A DNA stretch of 64,000 nucleotides from assembly GCA_902595375.1 (NCBI GenBank), contig CACJPW010000002.1, positions 13,745-77,744 of the forward strand, written 5' to 3'. How positions within the stretch are numbered: position 1 is the stretch's first letter; every line of letters starts with the position of its first letter. Under the pieces are notes generated by a model, which ran no database searches, was not told where the DNA came from, and saw only the letters and a program-made list of their open reading frames with translations. The position numbers and the translations under genes were made by a program. This document shows, piece after piece, positions 57,251 through 64,000 of this stretch. Source of the DNA: an uncultured Pelagibacteraceae bacterium (GTDB lineage: Bacteria > Pseudomonadota > Alphaproteobacteria > Pelagibacterales > Pelagibacteraceae).

Positions 57251-58571
57251 ATTTTACCCCGAGAAGTTTCATGTTTTTTAAAAAAGAAGGTGATGATGTA
57301 TATACAGTTTCAAAATTTCTAATTTTGGCTTTTATACCAGTTAATATTGATAATATGAATGAAGACATGCATATTCGATGATCACCTAGTTTTGGAATAT
57401 CAATTACTTTGCCTTTTGGATTTATTTTTTCCTGGCCAAAAATTTTTAATTCTCCATTTTTAAATATACTTGTTATTCCAACTTGTCTTAGCACCTTTTG
57501 CATTTCAATAATTCTATTACTTTCTTTATTAGCCAAGTCATCAATACCTTTAAAAATTGAAGTTCCATTTGTTAACGCTGATATAATAAAAAGCAAAGGG
57601 TATTCATCAGTAGCAGTTACATAATAGCTTTTGGGCACTTTAATAGGTTTAATTTGACTGCTCCTTACAACAATATCACCTCTTAATTCAGAATTTTCTT
57701 TTTTCAAGTTGCTAAATTTAATTTTAGCTCCACGATTTTTTAATATTTCGTAAAAACCTAATCGAGTGGAATTTAAACCCACATTTCTAATTGTTAAGCA
57801 GGATTTTTTGTTTAATAGCGTTAAAGCAGTAAAAAAAGCAGCTGAAGATGGGTCTCCTGGAACTTTTATTTTCAGAGGCGGCAAGTTCTTTTTGCCAGAT
57901 ATTGTTATAATATTTTTTTTTATTTTGATTATATCTTTATTTTTTTTAAGAATATTTTCAGTATGATTTCTACTTTTTTTCTTTTCTAAAATTTCTGTAT
58001 TTCCATAAGAATTTAATCCTGCTAGCATTACAGCGCTTTTTAGTTGTGCAGATACACCTGCAGTATATTTAATACCTATGGGGAAATTTGTGGAGACTAA
58101 TCGTAGTGGAAAATTAAATTTTCTTTTCGGTAAAAAAAAAGCACCAAATTCAGACATCAACTCAATTAATTTTTTCATATTTCGATTATTTAAAGAATTG
58201 TCACCTTTAATTTTTAATTCTAATCCTGGGGTAGTAGATAAAATACCTACTAAAAGTCTTGCTAAAGTACCAGAGTTGCCAAAGTTTAACTCAGTGTTTT
58301 TTTTTGCCCACAAAGAACCCAACCCTTTTCCATAAACAAGATAATTTTTAGGACTAATTTTTCTTATTTTAACTCCAAGTTTTTTTAAACATTTTATTGT
58401 TGAAAATACATCTTCTGACTCAAGAACATTTTTAACCGAAGATATGTTCAAGCAAATTGCACCAATTAAAAAACTTCTAATAGAAATAGATTTATCGGAG
58501 TCAATATTAATAATTTTATTATAAGGAGAAATTTTACTATCTACATTCAAATTAAATCTTTTTATAGGCAT
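57231..58571 (-). CDS. aroA: EPSP synthase (class II)
   Basis: DKSIS.R, GNSGT..R, SAQ.KS, RNHTE, PGDPSSA, KESNR, DHR motifs. Confidence 0.94.
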   Translation of the reverse strand: MPIKRFNLNVDSKISPYNKIINIDSDKSISIRSFLIGAICLNISSVKNVLESEDVFSTIKCLKKLGVKIRKISPKNYLVYGKGLGSLWAKKNTELNFGNSGTLARLLVGILSTTPGLELKIKGDNSLNNRNMKKLIELMSEFGAFFLPKRKFNFPLRLVSTNFPIGIKYTAGVSAQLKSAVMLAGLNSYGNTEILEKKKSRNHTENILKKNKDIIKIKKNIITISGKKNLPPLKIKVPGDPSSAAFFTALTLLNKKSCLTIRNVGLNSTRLGFYEILKNRGAKIKFSNLKKENSELRGDIVVRSSQIKPIKVPKSYYVTATDEYPLLFIISALTNGTSIFKGIDDLANKESNRIIEMQKVLRQVGITSIFKNGELKIFGQEKINPKGKVIDIPKLGDHRICMSSFILSILTGIKAKIRNFETVYTSSPSFLKNMKLLGVKFEKKKF

Positions 58572-58576
58572 GTAAA

Positions 58577-59332
58577 TTACGAAAATTGTGACCCAAAATA
58601 ATGTTCTATTGCCTTTGCAGATTTTAATAATTCTCTCGATGTTCCCTCAGCTATCACAGTATTTTCTCCTAGGACATAACTGCGATCGGTAATATCAAAT
58701 AAATTTTTAACATTGTGATCTGTCACTAAAATTGCAGTACCACTTGACTGAATTTTTAAAATATATTTTTGAATTTCTTGAATTACTAAAGGATCAAGCG
58801 CTGCTAACGGTTCATCTAGAAGTACAATTTTTGGTTTATTTATCATTACTCTAGCCATCATCAATCTTCTGATCTCTCCACCAGACAACACGGAAGCGTT
58901 AATTCTTCTAAGATGTTGCAAATTGAATTCATCTAAAAGTTTTTCTGTTATTGCTTTTTGATTATCATTTCCTTCAATAGAAATTTGAGCAATACCTAAA
59001 ATATTATCATATACTGACATGTCAAAAACACTTCTTTGTTGAGGAAGATAAGCTAATCCCTCTTTAGATCTTAAATGAATTGGAATTTGTTCTATTGATT
59101 TATTATTAAGAAATATTTTTCCACCTTCAACATTCTGTTCACCAATGCACATAGAAAATAAAGTCGTTTTTCCGCAACCATTCGGTCCTAGAACTCCAAC
59201 ACATTCCCCGGGAAAAACTTTTAAAGAAAGTTTTTTTAAAATGGGTCGTCCATCAAAAGATTTACTAACATCTTTAATTTCAAAAATAGGTCTATCTTTT
59301 TTAAATTTTAAAATTCTGAAAGCCTTTTTCAT
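58577..59332 (-). CDS. lptB: LPS export ABC ATPase LptB
   Basis: GPNG.GKTT.F, YLPQ..SVF, LSGGE.RR, LLDEP, TDHNV motifs; follows lptC. Confidence 0.88.
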   Translation of the reverse strand: MKKAFRILKFKKDRPIFEIKDVSKSFDGRPILKKLSLKVFPGECVGVLGPNGCGKTTLFSMCIGEQNVEGGKIFLNNKSIEQIPIHLRSKEGLAYLPQQRSVFDMSVYDNILGIAQISIEGNDNQKAITEKLLDEFNLQHLRRINASVLSGGEIRRLMMARVMINKPKIVLLDEPLAALDPLVIQEIQKYILKIQSSGTAILVTDHNVKNLFDITDRSYVLGENTVIAEGTSRELLKSAKAIEHYFGSQFS

Positions 59333-59937
59333 TTTAGATCTAAATTTGCATTCACTTTCCCATCATTAAAAGATGATATACTTAACGTTTGTTTTTTTAT
59401 ATCAAAAAGTAGTTTATCTGCAACTAAAGTTCCTCTAATATCTCTAATTTTAACTCCAGAAGAAATTGTTAAAAAACTCTTGACGTTTGAGTACTCAGCT
59501 TTTTGAGCAAAAAGTGTTGATCCTTGATATTCAGCTTTGACGTTGCCTTCAAAATCCATATCAAGAGTTTTATTATTATAAATCCCGTAGTCAGAATAAA
59601 CTCTCAAAACAGTTCCATCTTTAAAATAAAAAGTAGCATCAACACCTACCATATCAACTATTTCTTTATTGCTTTTATTATTTTGCGCTTTTGTAGATTT
59701 AAGGATGTATCTGTTTCCAGTTAAATCAAGGCCGCTATACGAAATATTATAAAATATGTCACCATCATCTTGTGTTTTATCATCAAATTGACTTTGAATT
59801 TTTTTTTGAGTTTCTTCAGAAACAATTCTTTGATTTAATGAATCATCTTTCTCATAATAGGTAAAAAAAATTATTAACAAACCAATAGCCAATAAACTAA
59901 TCTGAATAAGCCTAAGTTTTTTTTTTCTGTCGATCAT
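59329..59937 (-). CDS. lptC: LPS export periplasmic protein LptC
   Basis: Single N-terminal TM plus beta-jellyroll-like repeats (F.GNV, ADKL); between kdsD and lptB. Confidence 0.75.
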   Translation of the reverse strand: MIDRKKKLRLIQISLLAIGLLIIFFTYYEKDDSLNQRIVSEETQKKIQSQFDDKTQDDGDIFYNISYSGLDLTGNRYILKSTKAQNNKSNKEIVDMVGVDATFYFKDGTVLRVYSDYGIYNNKTLDMDFEGNVKAEYQGSTLFAQKAEYSNVKSFLTISSGVKIRDIRGTLVADKLLFDIKKQTLSISSFNDGKVNANLDLK

Positions 59938-60911
59938 TGAATACCACTTTGTAAGAGAAAATGTATGTGTATGATACCTTTTAACATTTTATTAGTTTTT
60001 TTGTAGTCTTTATCTGAAACAACTAATAAGCTACTAATTTTTTTTTCATTCATTATAGAAAGTGCTTTAGAGGCTGGCATGTTTTCATTTACTACCAAAG
60101 GACTTTTAGTCATATATTTTGTTAAATTCTTAAGATTTGAATAATTTCTTAACTCTCTTCTTAAATCACCATCTGTAATTAGTCCTTTAATAAATTTATT
60201 TTTTAATATAACAACAATTCCCAGTTTTTTTTTATTCATTACTTTTAATGCCTCTTTAAAATGTTTTTGGTAATTAATTGTAGGCATCTTATTTCCGATA
60301 ACCATTATATCTTTGGCTAATAAAAGAGTTTTACCGATATTACCTCCTGGATGATATAATTTAAATTTTTCCTTTGTAAATTTTTTTTGTTGCATGACTG
60401 TTGTTGCTAAGCAATCACCAAGCAATAATGTTATCGACGTACTTGAAGTAGGAACCATTCCAGTAACATCAGACTCTTTTACTTTAGGTAGAACTAATTT
60501 AATATCACTGGCTTTTAATAAAACACTATCAGCTTTAGACGAAACTCCAATAATTTTAATACTATTTCTGTTGGCAAACTTTAACATGTTTGTTAATTCA
60601 GGAGTATTACCTGAGTAAGAAAATACAATTAAAATATCTTTTTTTTCAATTTGACCCATATCTCCATGAAGGGCTTGAACCGGATCACAAAAAAAACTTG
60701 GTATTCCTACACTTGAAAAGGTTGCGGAAATTTTTCTAGCAATCAAACCAGATTTTCCAATTCCTGCAAAAATTACTTTTCCTTTACAGTTTATTATTTG
60801 ATCAACAGCTTTTACAAATGATTTATTGAATACTAAATTTATTTTCTTTAATTCAAGGATTTGTTTCTTAGCTGAATTTTTTGCTATTGATATATAATTT
60901 TTTTTAACCAT
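59934..60911 (-). CDS. kdsD: Arabinose-5-phosphate isomerase (KpsF/GutQ), SIS plus 2 CBS
   Basis: GIGKSG, HGDMG, PTSS, HPGG, TDGDLRR motifs. Confidence 0.92.
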   Translation of the reverse strand: MVKKNYISIAKNSAKKQILELKKINLVFNKSFVKAVDQIINCKGKVIFAGIGKSGLIARKISATFSSVGIPSFFCDPVQALHGDMGQIEKKDILIVFSYSGNTPELTNMLKFANRNSIKIIGVSSKADSVLLKASDIKLVLPKVKESDVTGMVPTSSTSITLLLGDCLATTVMQQKKFTKEKFKLYHPGGNIGKTLLLAKDIMVIGNKMPTINYQKHFKEALKVMNKKKLGIVVILKNKFIKGLITDGDLRRELRNYSNLKNLTKYMTKSPLVVNENMPASKALSIMNEKKISSLLVVSDKDYKKTNKMLKGIIHIHFLLQSGIQ

Positions 60912-61534
60912 TAGTGCTCAAAAATATCTTCCTTAAATCCTTTTTGATCAAGCTCTACGCGAGTATCCAAGAAAGTTAAACATTTTTTAAATACATCAAT
61001 TCTTTTTTCACGATTTAACATTTTTTCTAACTCAGATTTAATTTTATGTAAATAAATCACATCATTTGCAGCGTATTCAAGCTGTTTATCAGATAGTTCG
61101 TTTAAATCTTTATTCCAATCACTACTTCCATATCTTTTATCGATTGACTTATTACAAAATTCTTGGACTAAGTTTTTAAGTCCATGAGCATCTGTATAAG
61201 TCCTCACTATTTTTGATGCAATTTTGGTATCAAAAATATTTTTTATTTTACATTTCAAAAAATACTCTAGTGCATTTTTATCAAATCTTAAAAAATGACC
61301 TATTTTTAAAATGTTTTCGTTTTCTAATACCGACACTAAATTAGGAGCTTTATAATTTCTTTTATCGGGCTGAATTATGTAAACATTGCCATTTTCATCA
61401 CAAATTTGTATCAGGCTCAGCTTATCTCTTTCAGGTATTTGCAAACCAGTGGCTTCAGTATCAATTGCAATACTTGTTTTAAATGAATTAGCTATTTCTA
61501 AAGTTATGTCCTCTTTAATCTTATTAATTTTCAT
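60911..61534 (-). CDS. rnd: Ribonuclease D-like 3'-5' exonuclease (short alphaproteobacterial form)
   Basis: AIDTE.TGL, H..RFD, TKIAS...RTYTD.HGL, SDW, YAA.DV motifs; start moved to 61534. Confidence 0.88.
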   Translation of the reverse strand: MKINKIKEDITLEIANSFKTSIAIDTEATGLQIPERDKLSLIQICDENGNVYIIQPDKRNYKAPNLVSVLENENILKIGHFLRFDKNALEYFLKCKIKNIFDTKIASKIVRTYTDAHGLKNLVQEFCNKSIDKRYGSSDWNKDLNELSDKQLEYAANDVIYLHKIKSELEKMLNREKRIDVFKKCLTFLDTRVELDQKGFKEDIFEH

Positions 61535-61551
61535 ATATAAGTTTAAATACC

Positions 61552-62496
61552 ATGAAAAATCCAATTTGCACAATTTTAGGTGGTGGTGGATTTATAGGAA
61601 GATATCTTGTTCGAAATTTGACTAAGAAGAACTATAGATGCATTATAACTACAAGAAAAAGCTTTCAAAAGGGCTATTTAAAAACCCAAGCCACACCAGG
61701 CTCAATAGAATTATTAGATTGGGATCCAAATAATTTTTCAAATTTAAAAGAAGCTATTAAAAATTCAGATGTTGTTGTGAATTTAATTGGGATACTTTTT
61801 GAGAATAAAAAACAAAAATTTTATAATATTCATTCAAAAATTCCCGAAGCAGTAGCTAAAATTTGTTCAGAGTCAGATGTTAAGAAATTTATTCATGTTA
61901 GCGCTATTGGAGCTAATGATAAATCAAAATCTCTATATCAAAAATCAAAATTTCTAGGTGAACAAAATGCATTAGAGAATTTTAAACAAACAGTAATTAT
62001 AAGACCAAGTGTGGTTTGTGGTCCTGAAGATAACTTTACCAATCTTTTTTCAAAATTAAGTATACTGCCCGTAATTCCAGTTGTAGGTAAAAATTACAAG
62101 TTTCAACCAATCTTAGTTTCAGATGTTGCTAGCTCAATCTTAAAAGTAATCGAAACTAAAAATAACGAAAGTAAAATTTACGAGATTGGAGGACCAAAAA
62201 TTATTAGTTTTGGAGATATGGTTAAGTCAATTTTATCAACTATTAATAAAAAAAGGTTTGTTGTTGAAATGCCAATGGCTATAGCAAAAATACAGAGCAG
62301 TATAACGGATTTACTTCCTTTCCCTCCGATTTTAACTAGAGACCAATGTGAAATTTTGTCTGAGGCAGATAATGTTGTTTCCAATAACCATCTAACATTA
62401 AAAGATCTTGATATAGATCCAAAAGACGTTGAAGAAGAGATGAAAAAATGGTTATGGAGATATAAAGACGGTGGCCAGTTTGCTAAAGCACAATGA
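61552..62496 (+). CDS. Complex I NDUFA9-like NAD(P)-binding SDR
   Basis: GG.GFIGRY, NLIGIL.E, HVSAIGA, Y..SK, RPS...G.ED, FQP..V.DVA motifs. Confidence 0.9.
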   Translation: MKNPICTILGGGGFIGRYLVRNLTKKNYRCIITTRKSFQKGYLKTQATPGSIELLDWDPNNFSNLKEAIKNSDVVVNLIGILFENKKQKFYNIHSKIPEAVAKICSESDVKKFIHVSAIGANDKSKSLYQKSKFLGEQNALENFKQTVIIRPSVVCGPEDNFTNLFSKLSILPVIPVVGKNYKFQPILVSDVASSILKVIETKNNESKIYEIGGPKIISFGDMVKSILSTINKKRFVVEMPMAIAKIQSSITDLLPFPPILTRDQCEILSEADNVVSNNHLTLKDLDIDPKDVEEEMKKWLWRYKDGGQFAKAQ

Positions 62497-62837
62497 AAAG
62501 TATAAGTTTATTTAGTGGATATATTTATTTAATTCTTGCAATCATAACAGGTATTGCCACTAACGGTTTTCTCAAAACTACTGAAAGTTTTACTAAGCTC
62601 TTACCAACAATTTTTTGCATCACAAGTATTGTTGTTTGTATTTTTTGTTTATCTAGAGCAATGACTATAATACCTGTAGGATTTACTTATGCCACTTACG
62701 GAGCATTAACGATAACTGCAGTTACATTATTTGGAATATTTAAATACAATCAAACTCCTAATCTTTATGGTACTGTTGGATTAATTTTAATTGTTTCAGG
62801 AGTTATACTTTTAAACCTTTTTGGTAAATTAAAGTAA
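62493..62837 (+). CDS. SMR-family small multidrug/DMT transporter
   Basis: Four TM segments; IPVG..YA and G..LI..GV..LN motifs. Confidence 0.82.
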   Translation: MKSISLFSGYIYLILAIITGIATNGFLKTTESFTKLLPTIFCITSIVVCIFCLSRAMTIIPVGFTYATYGALTITAVTLFGIFKYNQTPNLYGTVGLILIVSGVILLNLFGKLK

Positions 62838-62838
62838 A

Positions 62839-62862
62839 CCCCTGATGTTTTTAAATCAGGGG
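62839..62862. terminator. Hairpin between convergent SMR and small basic protein genes
   Basis: CCCCTGAT-N8-ATCAGGGG inverted repeat. Confidence 0.7.
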
Positions 62863-62881
62863 CATTTAATTACTTTATAAA

Positions 62882-63079
62882 CTAATTATTTAAAGATGCT
62901 GTGATAGGTTCTTTATTTTTGTTAGCTCTTTTTTCAGTGATTTTTTTCTCGATACTAGCTATCTTTAGATCAATCTTTGATAGTTTTTTTTGTTTAGTGC
63001 TTATCTTATTTTTAAGCTTATCGATTGATTTTAGTATTTTTTTCTTTTTCTTTTCGTTTTTTTTTAACTTTTTTTTCAT
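62882..63079 (-). CDS. 65-aa Lys-rich coiled-coil small protein
   Basis: GGAGG SD 6 nt upstream; Ile/Leu heptads; downstream hairpin. Confidence 0.7.
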   Translation of the reverse strand: MKKKLKKNEKKKKKILKSIDKLKNKISTKQKKLSKIDLKIASIEKKITEKRANKNKEPITASLNN

Positions 63080-63181
63080 ATTGTTCCTCCAAAAAAGAAA
63101 AATCTAAAATAATCTAAAAAATTTTTCAAATGAAATTAAGAAAAATCTTTTAAACTAAAAGTTGAAAAAATTTAGAAAATC

Positions 63182-64000
63182 CTACGGAACTAATAAATTT
63201 ATAAATCTCTCTGTTTTTTGGATCTCAAGACTGTTTACGTAACCACAATTTTCACCATCAACCTGTGATAGAACTTTATTGTTTACACCATTTATTTTTA
63301 ATCTGTTCAATTCTTTTTTAATTACACTTTTTGCAGGAGTTAAGTCGCCTTTGGTTAAAATTAACCAAACATAATAAAGTAATTTTATTCTGGTCAGGTC
63401 TTTAAATATGTAAGCCACTATCCTGTTTTCAAATATATTGGTATCATTTGTTATAGAATGGGGACCAGCATAGTATTTTGAATTAGTACATAAAATCCAA
63501 TCAGCCATAATTTTTTCATTATCTACCTCAACCTCCATTTTATTATTTTTTAAAAATAAAAAATGCTGAAAACCTTTTAAAGCGAAAATTACTTTTCCAA
63601 GATACTTTTTAATATTAGTATTTATGGACTCAACAATTCGAGAGTCAAAACCTACACCAGCCATCAAGAAAAAGTACTTATCATTTATTTTTGCTAATGA
63701 AATTTTCTTATGATTATCTGATACTAGGACGTTGTAAATCTCCTCCGCCTTTTTCTTAATTTGAGTTTCTATTTGTAAAATATTTGCAGTGCCAGCAGGT
63801 ATGTATCCAACTAATTTGTCTTTTAGATTATCACTTTTAAACATTTCATTAATACCAAAACATACGCTCCCGTCACCGCCAGCAAATACTAACCGATCAA
63901 ATTTTTTATTGGACAATTCTTTAAATACATTCCTTGCATGATCTTCGCTTTCAGTTTTAAAAAGATCTACAATATGATTTTTTTCTAAAAGATTAATGAC
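63182..64000 (-). CDS. Diacylglycerol/lipid kinase family protein (5' end outside window)
   Basis: AGGDGS, IPAGTAN, MAGVGFDS, N..YY.G, QVDGE motifs; frame open to window edge. Confidence 0.88.
   Translation of the reverse strand, partial: VINLLEKNHIVDLFKTESEDHARNVFKELSNKKFDRLVFAGGDGSVCFGINEMFKSDNLKDKLVGYIPAGTANILQIETQIKKKAEEIYNVLVSDNHKKISLAKINDKYFFLMAGVGFDSRIVESINTNIKKYLGKVIFALKGFQHFLFLKNNKMEVEVDNEKIMADWILCTNSKYYAGPHSITNDTNIFENRIVAYIFKDLTRIKLLYYVWLILTKGDLTPAKSVIKKELNRLKINGVNNKVLSQVDGENCGYVNSLEIQKTERFINLLVP

Noticed and set aside
1033-63107. Many 60-137 aa ORFs antisense to real genes (e.g. 18813-19226, 53336-53659, 56565-56939, 35339-35605, 62901-63107)
   Set aside because: Phe/Ile/Leu/Ser-rich shadows of Lys-rich sense genes, with no recognisable motifs or expression signals.
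1-64000. CRISPR arrays, IS elements, prophage, rRNA or tRNA genes
   Set aside because: No spaced direct repeats, transposases, integrases, phage structural genes or long GC-rich RNA genes seen; intergenic gaps are too small.

Overview
Very AT-rich, extremely gene-dense core-chromosome segment of a streamlined marine alphaproteobacterium. Gene content, gene order and tiny intergenic gaps point to Pelagibacterales (SAR11); this is an inference. About 70 CDSs: regB (partial) and regA separated by a 4-gene polyamine operon, polA-chvI-chvG-ahcY-tsaE-amgK-murU, an RND efflux pair, purine salvage/uptake, gshAB, Hsp20, purEK, rlmN-ARH-rmuC-sbcB-trxA, and a long minus-strand run rnd-kdsD-lptC-lptB-aroA-cmk-rpsA-ihfB-pyrF-trpF-trpB-trpA-accD-folC. 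I saw no tRNA, rRNA, CRISPR, IS or prophage. Main leads: (1) a stand-alone unit at 43.9-44.3 kb, with a GC-rich multi-stem leader carrying a tRNA T-arm-like hairpin ahead of a small basic protein; (2) an RND adaptor lacking its alpha-hairpin, and an lptC-lptB operon lacking lptA; (3) TrpB/TrpA, RlmN and FolC with replaced catalytic motifs; (4) a probable Arg-agmatine-homospermidine operon; (5) a Cys homologue of SelJ/J1-crystallin; (6) several small proteins missed or mis-started by the ORF track; (7) pervasive leaderless promoter geometry.
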